Position numbers and translations under genes: made by a program. Below the pieces are notes generated by a model. The model had not been told where the DNA came from. It saw nothing but the letters and a program-made list of their open reading frames with translations, and made no database searches. From Eledone cirrhosa (taxonomy: Eukaryota), in contig OZ024748.1 of the NCBI GenBank assembly GCA_964016885.1, positions 52,452,001 through 52,516,000 of the forward strand: DNA of 64,000 nucleotides, in the 5' to 3' direction. Positions 25,521-38,687 of this stretch are shown piece after piece. Positions within the stretch are counted from its first letter, which is position 1. Each line of letters opens with the position of its first letter.

Positions 25521-26158
25521 TTTCCCTTTCATTCAACTAACAGCTACTATGGATCAACTAGAACAGATGTGGCTGTCATTATGAACTGTTATATATTCAT
25601 AAGTACAATGGGTATGAGGTTAGGCTGCCAGAAAATTATCAACATAGTTATAACGTGAAACATTACTAAATCCATTCTTACAACGGATATTTAGTTATGC
25701 CCTCACCAAGGCACATAATTCTAATTGTCCCAGTTTGCATGCATGCATGGTCCCGTAACTTCCAAGGAAGTTATAGAGGCACCATATTAACATGCAGTGT
25801 TTCTAAGGTATTTTAAGTCTGGCAGAGTTCAGCCCTTCTAGAGAAGGAGAGGAAGTGAGAAAGAGTTATAAAGGAAAAACTGACCACAGTATTAAACTGG
25901 TACTTCTTTTTACTTCTATCCACTGCTCTAATGAATCTGCCAATTTGTCATCTGCTTACATGCTTGACAAAAAGACAATATGCTTTATACTTCACAGTTG
26001 TATAGTTAGTGCCAAGAATAGCATCCATCTTTTAATGTTTTGTGGTTTCGTTTTTGTCTGCTTTTCCATGCTGACATGCATTGAATAAGATTTTTCAGGC
26101 AGTTTGTCTATGGCCAGATGTCTATCTTGGAAACCAACCAATAATTATATTATTTTTA

Positions 26159-26208
<50 letters not shown>

Positions 26209-26328
26209 GTGCAAAAGGTTCAGTAAGTCTGAAGAAAACCGGTGAGAGAACCAATGTCAGCACTCAATGCAGAGCAGAGTGTATATAATTAGAACAAAGA
26301 GGAGATGTTACATATGAGATTTATTGCT

Positions 26329-26426
26329 CAACCCGGTAACAAATGTTTCCCAGGCAGCTGGCTCGTGATCTGGGATGGCAGCCCCAGACCAGACTCCAAG
26401 ACTGCCTGATCCTCAGACCAGTGTTG
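26329..26426 (-). ncRNA. Type I hammerhead ribozyme with a long stem II in a Penelope-type 3' end (~26208-26560)
   Basis: Minus strand: caacactggt CTGAGGA tcaggcag...ctgcctgg GAAA catttg TT accgggttg, then AATAAA and ttgagtgct, ending in (TA)n. Confidence 0.8.
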
Positions 26427-27310
26427 ATACAACAAAAATCACATCAAATCAGAAGACGAACTAGCCAGACACAAACAAGCCTATAGAATGACCAATCACA
26501 GGCCTGGAATCCAATGGACGCATGTATCCCAAGCATTACAAGAAAATAAGAGAGAAAGAGGGAGTTTAAGTTTGATTGAAGCATTGTGGAATATGAAAAA
26601 TGGTATATACTGATATCTCCCTCAAACTGTTAGGTTATATGATGTATTGTTTCAGCAGGAAGAAATATACAAATATCACTACATACTTTAATGTGAATAA
26701 AAAAAAAAAAAAAGACATATATAGACATGGCAAACAAACCTACTCACAAGGCATTGGTCAGTCTGAAGCTATAAAAAAAAACACATGCCCAAGGTACTGT
26801 GCAATGGGACAGAAGCTAAAGCCAGGAGGTTTCAAAATGAAAGAGTTAAAGCCAGGAGGTTTGAAAGTGAAAGTAGACTTAAAGTTAGGCTTGAAAATGA
26901 AAATAGACTTAGAGTAATAAGGTTTTACAAGACTGTAAAAGAAGATGACCAAATTTATGTCTTTTCTATGGACAACAATTAGTATAGTAATGGAATTATA
27001 ATCAGAGAGTAAGATAATAAATTGGAAAGCCACCACTTAATAATAATTATATTTCCATACAACATAACAAGACTGTTGAACAGGAGGGAAGAGTTAGTCA
27101 ACTGAATTGACCATTCTACATGACTGCTATTTATTTTATAAGTGAACCCTGAAGCAATGCAGAACAAAGTAAACCATGATGTTATCCAAACACACTCTCT
27201 CCCACCTCTCCCCCTCTCTCTCTCGCTCTCTCTCTATATATATATATATATATAGATAGATAGATATGTATTTATATATATTGATTGCAACTGATCACTT
27301 CAATCTGTGA

Positions 27311-27357
<47 letters not shown>

Positions 27358-27375
27358 ATTAGCCACAGTAATGTA

Positions 27376-27900
27376 TCATCATCATCTTCGTTTAACATCC
27401 ATCTTCCACGCTAGCATGGGTTAGACGGGAGTTGTCCCACTTGAGGCAATGATTGGTCGGGTGACCGTCTCTCGCTCATATAGGACTATCTAGCAGGTTT
27501 TCTACGGCTGGATGCCCTTCCTAACACCAACCACATTTACAGTGTGGAACTGGGAACTTTTTACCGTGTTACCTACACGGCCACATTACAGCGTGGACTG
27601 TGTTTTTTTTTGTCGTGACACCTACACGATCTCGATCTCATTTATCTCATTTATTTGGACTGGATGTTGAGGTACCCACTTTACAGAGAGAAGGTGGTAT
27701 TGGTGGGAGTGGGAGGATAGGGTAGGGGTAGTGGATTGGGGTGTATATTTGGTTAAGAGGTGCCTACTGACTGTAGGTTTCACTTTGTACATAGGCAAGG
27801 CGGGTCTTCTGTATTACTGCATAGCGCCAAAGATCTCGGTCCAGTGACATTGTCTTAGGGAGGTGCAAGTGTGTAAGGTCGGAATTTATCAGAGCGTCCC
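27376..27900 (-). mobile_element. RTE LINE 3' end (ORF2 C-terminus plus long 3' UTR)
   Basis: Minus-strand WDALINSDLTHLHLPKTMSLDRDLWRYAVIQKTRLA is homologous to ORF 48579-49016. Confidence 0.85.
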
Positions 27901-28055
27901 AATGGCTTCTACAGGACTAGAAGTGTTTTATTATCAGAAAATAATCCTGATGATTTCCTGCTCCTGTAGAAGCCATTTCTATATTAAATATTTATACTCT
28001 GCTATGTATTGAGTACCTTACTTACTGTGGTTACCCCCCGATTGACTCTGGGACA
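27901..28055. mobile_element. Penelope-type mini element (family B); copies at 30438-30615, 30643-30748 and 49118-49260
   Basis: Short inverted arms aatggcttctacagga / tcctgtagaagccatt, remnant CTGATGA..GAAAC motifs, and a tail with ttgagtacc. Confidence 0.75.
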
Positions 28056-28423
28056 CACACACACACACATATATGTGTGTGTATATATATATATAAACAA
28101 ACACATATGTCTAAGAACTGGCAAGCGCAAAATTTTAATATTGCTTTCGAATATTGCTTTAGAAGCTTTTCAACAGGGCATATAAGCCACCTAGGCTAGT
28201 GTACACTTGTGTGGCAAACAAAAGAACTGTGGGTTTGACCTACACATGTACTGACATCTTTTATTTCCATTCAGGGGCGTTATATGTAGTCAAAAAATAC
28301 AGTGAAAACGCTACTAATTTAATATGTGGTTGTGTTTAAAAAGTAAACAAAAAATAACCAAGAATATGACATAGTATAATGAAGAATTATATTAGTTTAA
28401 TGCTTGAAATAACAGGAAAATAG

Positions 28424-28454
<31 letters not shown>

Positions 28455-28642
28455 GGCCTCTCAAGAGAAATTTTACAAGACCGTACAAGACCCCTTTGGG
28501 GCTCGAAGCAGACAAAGATTTTTCTCAAAATTGATGTTGCATTGTTGCTGTGGGACTTTCTTAGCTCTTGGGCCCTGGAGCAATGTACGGGCTGGACCTC
28601 CCCCTCATAGGCCCTGTGTGTCTGCATGTTCATATGTATATA

Positions 28643-28960
28643 TATATTTGAAAAAAAAGGAAAAGAATGACATCACTTGTTGTTTTAAACAATTTGATTT
28701 AATTTTATAATATTATAATATTATGAGTTGGTAGATCTAGTAAGTTCTATGTTAACTTTGGTGGTAAGATTTTTAAAGATTCCTGGAATCTTTAAAAATC
28801 TTCCCACCAAAGTTAACATAGAACTTACTAGATCTACCAACTCATAATATTATAATATTATAAAATTAAATCAAATTGTTTAAAACAACAAGTGATGTCA
28901 TTCTTTTCCTTTTTTTTCAAATATACCTAACTGTACCAAGGATCTCACACATTTTCTAAT
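28643..28960. mobile_element. Fold-back palindrome (family D): 141-bp arms, 1-nt loop, 35-nt tail, in (TA)n
   Basis: 28643-28783 versus 28785-28925 with one mismatch. Tail cctaactgtaccaaggatctcacacattttctaat. Confidence 0.85.
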
Positions 28961-28967
28961 ATATATA

Positions 28968-29478
28968 TCATCAACATCATTTTACGTCCACTTTTCCCTG
29001 CTTGCAGGCGTGGGATGGGAACTGATTCCGGCTTGATTTCTACAGCTGGATGCCCTTCCTAACACCAACCTCATTTACAATGAGTGCTGGGTGCTTTTTT
29101 TCCATGGCACCTCCACGACCACTTTGCAGTGGAATGATAGGTACCCCAGTCCTATCATTTCATTTCTACAGCTGAGTAAACTGGAGCAATGTGAAATAAA
29201 GTGTCTTGCTCAAGGAAACAACACATTACCCGGTCTGAGAATTGATCTCACAACCTTTCGATATATATATAGGGACAGAACTAAATAATTGTTTTTACTT
29301 TTGACACAAGGCCAGCAATTACCCCAGTATATATTACTGGTACTTTATTTTATCGACCCTGTAAGGATGAAAGGCAAAGTTAACCTCGGCGGGATTTGAA
29401 CTCAGATTATAAAGGGGCATAACTATGCTACAAAGCATGGTATCCAACGCTTTACCGATGCTGCCAATCCACCACCCT
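28968..29478 (-). mobile_element. S1 SINE (28968-29261) and S2 SINE (29283-29478)
   Basis: Reverse complements of the family copies above. Confidence 0.85.
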
Positions 29479-30751
29479 AAATAATACACAATCATTTTGT
29501 CAGGTATTCTACTGATTCTGACATCCACCTTCCTTCCAATTTTCTATATAGAGAAAACATCTCATCTTAGACTTTTTACACTGACACAAGATCACAAATT
29601 TAACTAAATGGACTCCAGTAAATAATGGATTTTGTTTTTTATCAATTTGCAAAAGATTAACCATTTTGAAGCCAATGTAGCCAAAACTAGCTATGGCAGA
29701 CAAAATTGACTATTTTAAATTATTCTCATTTAACCTTTTAGCATTTAAACCAGCCATATCCAGCTAGAATTCTCTCACCACTTTCTATTTAAACTGGCTG
29801 TAACTGGCTGCTCATATTGAAGTTAAGGTATTTTTCTCATATATTCGATATTATGTGAGATAATTATGTAAGATAAATAAAGCCTTTACCACGAAAGTAC
29901 AGTAGTAAATATAGAGTAATGTAAATGCTAAAGGGCTAAATTAAAGTCTCCAAGAATAAAACTTAGATGAGAAACATATGTTAGGTTACTATATGAAATG
30001 AGAAGTAATCCCTCAAAATTCTTCCTTAAATAATTGTAAAAAATTTGGTTAAAAATATAGTTATGAAAGTGTTAAAGACAAATGTGAAATGTTTAGAACG
30101 AAGAACATAGAGAACACTAAATAAAAGAAAAACAACAGAAATATAATGTGCTGCTCTATATCATTATTGATAAGAAGCCATCACTTGATAATAATTATTA
30201 GTATAATAATTATTGTTATTAAGTGGCAAGGTATTTCAGGTTTATTAAGGTATAGAAATAAATATTTGTGTCATTCATATGTTTCTCAAATGTACTAGTA
30301 ACCTAACTTGGTCAAAGTGGAAAATAAAACAAAGAGTTATATCTGGTAGATTTGTTAAGCATTAATGTTGCACAGGAGTATTTTCCAAAGCAATGGAACC
30401 ATTCTCTCTCTTTCTTTATATTGATATATACATATATATATTTAATATAGGAATGGCTTCTACAGGAGAAATTATCAGGAAAGCTTTCCTGACGGTTTCT
30501 ACCAAATGAAACAGTTCTAGTCCTGTAGAAGCCATTTCTATATTAAATATTTATACTCTGCTATGTATTGAGTACCTTACTTACTGTGGTTACCCCCGAT
30601 TGAACACAGGATAAACATATATATATATATATATATATATTGTATATAGAAATGCCCTCTACAGGGCTAAGACTGTTTCACTCAGATGAAATCATCAGGG
30701 AATTCCTGATGAAATAGTTCTAGTCCTGCAAATGTCATTTCTATATATAAT

Positions 30752-31080
30752 AACTGTTTCTACTTTAGGCACAAGGCCAGCAATTACCCCAGTGTATTAC
30801 TGGTACTTTATTTTATCGACCCCGTAAGGATGAAAGGCAAAGTTAACCTCGACGGGATTTGAACTCAGACCATATATAATAACGATGTCTATGCTGTACC
30901 AATATATTGGCAGTATTGGTAGAGGGTTGGACGCTATGCTTTCTAGCTTAGTTACATCCCTTTATGGTCTGAGTTCAAATCCCGTCGAGGTTAACTTTGC
31001 CTTTCATCCTTACGGGCTCGATAAAATAAAGTACCAGTAATGTACTGGGTAATTGCTGGCCTTGTGCCAAAAGTAGAAAC

Positions 31081-31085
<5 letters not shown>
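30752..31085. mobile_element. Inverted pair of S2 SINEs (30752-30870 minus, 30907-31085 plus)
   Basis: About 115 bp of near-complementary Meta-like body on either side of a short spacer. Confidence 0.85.
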
Positions 31086-31147
<62 letters not shown>

Positions 31148-31299
31148 GTGTGATAGTTTGCTTGAAGCATTGCAGTATATATATATATATGTGTGTTGTG
31201 TGTGTGTGTGACGTAATTAGTTAAATTAAATATGATTTCCTACAATAGCAATACTTTACATAGGAACTAAGTGCTAATTAACCTTTTCAATGCCATACT

Positions 31300-31590
31300 G
31301 CCATATTGTCCACCATGAGACCAATGCACAACTGATTGAATAGCCATGCAACTAACAATACAGATCACTGGCAACCTGCTAAACAAAATAAATGTGGACA
31401 TTTCTATTCAACTGAAGTTCAGTATGACAGCCTGCTGGTAATTTGAGTAAAGTTGTATACGGTAGTTGTGTATAGGAAATATCAGAAAAGTCACATATAG
31501 CAGTGAAAAGAGTCATTATTAATGGCAATCTCTCACTTCTTGAACAGGTATCTAGATCATTGACATAAATCACAACAATTCAAAGATGAT
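31300..31590 (-). mobile_element. CR1/L2 RT fossil
   Basis: ORF 31379-31573 (IYVNDL....LQLNRN) resembles the LFLIYVNDL..LFADD..LxLN region. Confidence 0.45.
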
Positions 31591-32023
31591 ATATGTTGTC
31601 ACAAATGTATGCAGTTTATATCGTGTAGGTGTTAGATCAAATGTGGCATCAGTGAACACTTTACCGGGGTCAATACTGTTGATGGTTACTCTTTACATAA
31701 ACACTGGGAAAGTGGCCTAGTGGGAAGGGTGCTGCACTTACAATTGTAATGTCATAGGTTCGATTCCTGGACTGGGATTTGTGTTGGGTTCTTAAACAAA
31801 ACATTTCATTTCAAATGTTGGATCAGTGAACACTTTACCCATATCAATACCATTCCAATCATTAATGTTTACATAAACATTGGGCAACATTTGCTCCGAT
31901 GAGGACTGTAAATTGGGCCGGGTATTTTACATCTGGATGCCCTTCCTAACACCACCCACATTATACATATATATATATGTATATACATGTATATGTATGT
32001 GTGTGTGTATATATATATGTGTA

Positions 32024-32057
<34 letters not shown>

Positions 32058-32412
32058 ACAAAATACACCCCCGTCCCACTACCCCACCCCATCCACACCA
32101 CCCCTTTCAATGTAAAGTTATGTTGGTACCACAACATCCAGGCCGAAACAAATGAGGTCGTGTAGGTGTCACAACAAAAAAACACACAGTCCACGCTGTA
32201 ATGTGACCGTGTAGGTAACACGGTAAAAACCTCCCAGTTCCACACTGTAAATGTGGTTGGTGTTAGGAAGGGCATCTAGCTGTAGAAAACCCACCAGACA
32301 GTCCTATGCGAGCAAGACAATCACTCTTGCCTCAAGTGGGAAAACTCCCTTCTAAACCCATGCAAGCGTGGAATATGGACGTTAAACGATGATGATGATG
32401 ATGATGATGATG
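32058..32412 (+). mobile_element. RTE LINE 3' UTR
   Basis: Homologous to 27376-27755 and to the start of the UTR at 49036; ends in (GAT)n. Confidence 0.8.
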
Positions 32413-32907
32413 ATATATATATATATATACATTTATATACACATGTGTAGGTGTGCATGTAAAGTAAATATATAGAATTAAGAGAGAATAAGATTGAAAA
32501 TAGAGAATTTTCAGATAGATAATTCTGGCGCCAAATCTCCGATTTAATCTTCTCCTATTGGCATTGCTTTCAATTATACAGTATGGTAAATAGCACCAAT
32601 ATAAGACATCTGCCATGGTAAAAAACATAACTGGATCACATATTTTAAATAAATAAGCATGAAATATATCCACATATACACATATACATACATGCACAAG
32701 CACACACAAACACATACAAGCACAGATACATAAAAAAATGATGTAAATTAATAAGATATATATATATATATATATATATATGTAATCCTCATATATGCAT
32801 CCGACAATTAGATATGAAATAAAAAGTTCTGAAAAGTAACTTTGGTGGTTTAGTGTAGTTTTATGACTCCAGGATCATCAATCGCTTTGTTTATCAATAT
32901 TAGCATT

Positions 32908-33253
32908 ATCATCATCATCATCATCATCATTTTACGCCCGCTTTTCCCTGCTTGCAAGGGTGGGATGGGAACTGATTCTGGCTTGATTTCTACAGCTGGA
33001 TGCCCTTCCTAACACCAACCTCATTTACAGTGAGTGCTGGGTGCTTTTTTTGCCATGGCACCTCCACAACCACTTTGCAGTAGAATGATAGGGACCCCAG
33101 TCCCTATCATCTCATTTCTACAGCTGAGTAAACTGGAGCAATGTAAAATAAAGTGTCTTGCTCAAGGAAACAACACATCACTCGGTCTGAGAATTGAACT
33201 CACAACCTTTCGATGGCAAGTCCAATGCTTTAACCACTAAGCCATGTGCCTCC
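32908..33253 (-). mobile_element. S1 CORE SINE
   Basis: Full head, CORE and tail. Confidence 0.9.
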
Positions 33254-33514
33254 ATTATACTTATTGATTTGTCAAGCTGAATATATTAGTACTATTATAC
33301 TAATAACACCATAAGTACCCTACTGGCAATAACATACTATAGTTTCCATTAGTACCATGATTATCAGAAGCACCATATTTGTGGCTACTTTATATCATTA
33401 TAATAACTACAACTTATATTATCAGCACCAACATAAGCACAGCTTCTTTCAATATCACAACTATCATTAAGACAGTATAAACACACCAACATCATTACTA
33501 TCTTCCTTGCTCTC

Positions 33515-33690
33515 CTGGTATCAGAGCAGTGTTAGCTGCCCATAGGAGCAAACCCTGCGAGGTGCAGTGCTCGTTCCAGCAGGTTTCCTTCGCCATCCTC
33601 TAGAGCAATGTATTCTCCATCCTGTAAGCCGGGACCAAGAGGCAGAGGATACTTGTTTGTATGTCACACATACTCAACCCTTTGTTAAAT
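33515..33690 (+). mobile_element. CRE-clade non-LTR element 3' fossil
   Basis: FQQVSFAIL*SNVFSIL resembles the FQRLSVAIQRGNAxSIL C-terminus of CRE elements. Confidence 0.5.
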
Positions 33691-33704
33691 TATTATAATT
33701 ATTT

Positions 33705-34632
33705 TGGGAGTATCAGTAGAATGCTAAACAACATGCTTCGTGGCATAGAGTTATGACCCTGCCGAGGTTAGCTTTGCCTTTCATCATCATCATCATCATC
33801 ATCATTTTATGTCCGCTTTTCCCTGCTTGCAAGAGTGGGACCGGAACTGATTCTGGCTTGATTTCTACAGCTGGATGCCCTTCCTAACACCAACCTCATT
33901 TACAGTGAGTGCTGGGTGCTTTGTTCCCGTGGCCCCTACACATCCACTTTGCAGTGTGGGCTGGGTGCTTTTTTGCCGTGGCACCTCCACGACCACTTTG
34001 CAGTGGAATGATAGGGACCCCCGTCCCTATCATCTCATTTCTACAGCTGAGTAAACTGGAGCAATGTGAAATAAAGTGTCTTGCTCAAGGAAACAACACA
34101 TCACCCGGTCTGAGAATTGAACTCACAACCTTTCGATTGCAAGGCCAATGCCTTTCAACATTATAGGGCCAATGAAATAAAGTACCAGTAACAAACTAGG
34201 GGTTGATTTAATCGACTTTTACTCCCCCAAAATTGTTGGTCTTGTGCTTAAATCAGAAACTATTGTGGATAGGCAGTATCAGTAGAGAGTGAGACACCAT
34301 GCTTTGCAGCATAGAGTTATGGCCCTTTACGTTCTGAGCTCAAATTCTGCAGAGGTTAGCTTTGCCTTTCATCCTTATGGGGTCAATAAACTAAAGTACC
34401 AGTAAGCATTGAGGTCGACTTAATCGACTTTACCCTACCCAAAAATTGTTGGTCTTGTGCAGCATAGAGTTATGGCCCTTGACGTTGAGCTCAAATTCTG
34501 CCGAGGTTAGTTTTGCCTTTCATCCTTATGGGGTCAATAAAATAAAGTACCGTACCAGTAAGCATTGGGGTCGATTTAATCGACTTTCCCTTCCCCAAAA
34601 TTGTTGGCCTTGTACCTAAACCAGAACCCATT
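33705..34632. mobile_element. S1 SINE (33782-34151, minus) nested in a tandem cluster of S2 SINEs
   Basis: An S2 body is broken at gcctttcatc (33785) and resumes at ~34165, followed by two more S2 copies. Confidence 0.8.
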
Positions 34633-35794
34633 ATTATGCGTAATATTTAGACATTGTAATAAAGATTTAGTTCAATCATTCCTGCCTAGAGTTGCCGTCT
34701 GCAGATCCACAGATTTTCCCTTGATCTTTGATTTTTCTATTTACATGAATCTGTAGAGGTTCAAGCTGAACATCAACTGCATTGATCTTACAATACTGGA
34801 AGGATGTACAAGATCACGTGAGATATCATTCAGCCTGACTAATTCAAAAGGGACGGAAGGGGGGGGGGGGCAACTCCCAAAATATTAGTACAATGACTAT
34901 CTCCACAACCATCACCCTACCATGACTAATATTAGTGTTAATATAACCAAACTAGTGATTGAAACGACAATTATTAGAGGTGGGCAATGATTACCAATCA
35001 TCACCATCATCATCATCATCGCTATGATCAATATCAACATCACCATCATCAGTAGCATCCTCATCATAACAAACAACATCATCAGCACCTCTATCATCAA
35101 CATGTCATCACTAACACCAACGTCATCATGATGAGGGATAAAAATCATTATAATCACCCCCACCCCCACCCCCATCATCATGTTGATGAAAAACCTCACC
35201 ACCACCACCACCACCACCACCACCAGAACCACCACCACTACCTCCACCATCCCCACCAATACCATCACCCCCACTAGTGCCACCACCACCACAACCCCCC
35301 CCCCCCACCATCGCCTACACCACCACCACAACAACCAGCCCTCCCACCACCACTACCATCACCACCAGCACCACCCTCCCACCCACCCCACTATCACCCC
35401 CACCAGTATCACCACCACCACCACCATCACCACCGGCACCCCCCCACTATCATCACCACCAGCACCACCCTCCCCCCACTACCACCACCACCACCACCCT
35501 CCCACCACCCCCACTATCACCCCCACCAGTATCACCACCACCACCACCCTCCCACCACCCCCACTATCACCCCCACCAGTATCACCACCACCACCACCAT
35601 CACTCACCGGCACTATCACACCACCACCCTCCCACCACCACCCTCCCACCACCACCCTCCCACCACCACCTCCCACCATCGTCACCACCATGTCCTGACA
35701 TACAGTAACCTCGTTATTCCATTTGTTTCAATATTTACATATATCCATTTATCTTTTTTCTGTCAAAACTTTGATAGTCCAACTTTTGTTTGTT

Positions 35795-36245
35795 TATGTA
35801 GTATCAACTGTGTGTGCGTGCGTGTGTGTGTGTGTATGTGTGTGTGTGTGTGTGTGAGAGCATATTTATGTAGTACCAACTATGTGTGTGTGTGTGCGTG
35901 TATGTGCGTGTGTTTGTGTGTGTGAAAGAGCATATTTATGTAGTATCAACTGTGTATGTGTGTGAGACAGCATATTTATGTAGTATCAACTATGTGTGTG
36001 TGTAGGTGTGTGTGTGAGAGATTATATTTATGTAGTATCAACTTTGTGTGTGCGTATGTGTGTGTGTGTGAGTGTGTGTGTGTGTGAAAGAGCATATTTA
36101 TGGAGTATCAACTATGTGTGTGTGTGTGAAAGAGCATATTTATGTAGTATCAACTATGTGTGTGTGTGCGTGTGTGTATGTGTGTGTGAGAGAGCATATT
36201 TATGTAGTATCAACTATGTGTGTGTGTATGTGCGTGTGTGTGTGT
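35795..36245. repeat. Minisatellite gagcatatttatgtagtatcaacta alternating with variable (TG)n
   Basis: About 8 copies of the constant block separated by TG tracts. Confidence 0.9.
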
Positions 36246-36600
36246 GTATATATGTCTAGGGGTGAGCATCTGCATGTGTGTGAGAGCATGTTTATGTACT
36301 AACATGTATATGCGTGTGTGAGTGTGTATGAACATCTGTGGGTATGTGTGTGTGTGAGCAGTGTATGTGTGTATGTTAGAACCTCAGTATGTGTGTGAAT
36401 GGTGATGTAAGAATTTATATTATTTTTATATTTTATTTTTATATTTTATTATCATATTTCATATTTTTGGTTTTGGTTTCACTTTCACTTTCACTTGCAT
36501 GTTTTCATTATCACTCACATGCTTACACACACACAGACAAACATACATATAGATATATACACACACACACACTACATTATATATATACATACACACTACG

Positions 36601-36667
<67 letters not shown>

Positions 36668-36825
36668 TCTATTCACATGCTTTGATACATTTAATGTAAA
36701 ATGCAGCCATGATAATGAAAATGAAAGTATGTATACAATACCATATACACATATATATATATACATATATATATATATACATATATATACACATATATAC
36801 ACATATATACACATATATATATATG

Positions 36826-36858
<33 letters not shown>

Positions 36859-37014
36859 GTATATATATATATACATATATAACGAAGGAAATGTGGTAAG
36901 GAACCAGGTGGACCATATATACATATATATATATACATATATACATATATATATATACATATATACATATATATATATACATATATATATATACACATAT
37001 ATATATATACACAC

Positions 37015-37047
<33 letters not shown>

Positions 37048-37610
37048 CATATATATATATAGATATATATATAAATACATATATATATATACATATATAC
37101 ATCTGCCACTCCTCCCCTCCCACTTACTCCCATCTGACCTGCGTGAATTTCTTTCCTCTCTCACTTTTCTCGTGGCTCGGACGCGTCTGTTTCTTCTCAT
37201 CATTTGATTTGCTGGACTTAAGCCCACAAGATTCATTGACTCGTCTCTCTTTTCCTCTCTTTACGTTGCATCACTGCCATGTTGTTTCTTTCCTTTCCTC
37301 TGTTTTCCTCTCTTTTCCTCTCTTTACGTTGCATTACTACGATGTTGTTTCTTTCCTTTCCTCTGTTTTCCTCTGACACGATAACTTAATTTAGTTATCG
37401 CTCGCACTGATTTTAGGTATCTAGTCTTTAATGGGAAGAAATCTGAACGATAATCAGCAGACTACTGATGATGGACATTCTTGTTTCTCAGTCTATTTTT
37501 ATTCATATATATATATATATATATATAGATCTAACTCATGCTAGTGTGGAAGAATGGACGTAAAACGGTGATGATGATGATGATGATGATACATATATAC
37601 ATATATATAT

Positions 37611-37948
37611 ATCATCATCATCATCATTTTACGTCTGCTTTTCCCTGCTTGCAAGGGTGGGATGGGAACTGATTCTGGCTTGATTTCTACAGCTGGATGC
37701 CCTTCCTATCACCAACCTCATTTACAGTGAGTGCTGGGTGCTTTTTTGCCATGGCGCCTATACGTCCACTTTAGAGTGGAATGATAAGGACCCCAGTCCT
37801 ATCATCTCATTTCTACAGCTGAGTAAACTGGAGCAATGTGAAATAAAGTGTCTTGCTCAAGGAAACAACACATCACCCGGTCTGAGAATTGAACTGACAA
37901 TCTTTCGATTGCAAGCCCAATGCTCTAACCACTAAGCCATGTGCCTCC
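37611..37948 (-). mobile_element. S1 CORE SINE
   Basis: Full-length reverse copy. Confidence 0.9.
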
Positions 37949-38653
37949 ATAGATATATATATGTATATACATGATATATCTCATATGAAATGATACAGCC
38001 AATTTTCTACACAATACAATTAATTAGCACCCCAAACGTTTAATTAGGAATATACTCAGGTATTTCCTAATGTTTGTTGAGTGAGCTGGAATTTGGCCGG
38101 AGTATCGCTTTTAGCTTTCTCCGATTATGTATTTATATATTTTATATATATATACATATATATACTTACATATATAGATATAGATATATATACATATATA
38201 GATATAGATATAGATATATATCATATATATATACAAATATGGGAAATAGAAGGAAAATGGTAAAGATGATAATGTGTGTGTGTGTGTGTGTGCACATGTA
38301 AATTTGTATGCATATATGTATATATGAATATAATTGTTTCTACTTTAGGCACAAGGCCAGGAAATACCCAGTGCATTACTGGTACTTTATTTTATCGACC
38401 CCGTAAGGATGAAAGGCATATGAATATAATCACAGATTAAAATATCTGATTCAGTGTATATATCACTGGTAGTCCCTTGAAATTGTTATCATCATCACCA
38501 TCATTATTGACATTTGTAGCAGTGGTGGTGGTGGTGGGGGGGGGGGGTATTAGTAGTATTATTGGTGCATGGTGGTATTGGTGGCAGCAGTAGTAGTAGT
38601 AGTAGTAGTGATGGTGGTGGTGATGATGGCATCAGTAGTATTATTGGTGGGAG

Positions 38654-38687
<34 letters not shown>

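Noticed and set aside
25544-25611. Exon-like segment (acceptor ..ctaacag, YYGSTRTDVAVIMNCYIFISTM, donor gtatga)
   Set aside because: Its phase does not join the 11489 donor and it has no recognisable homology, so it cannot be supported without RNA data.
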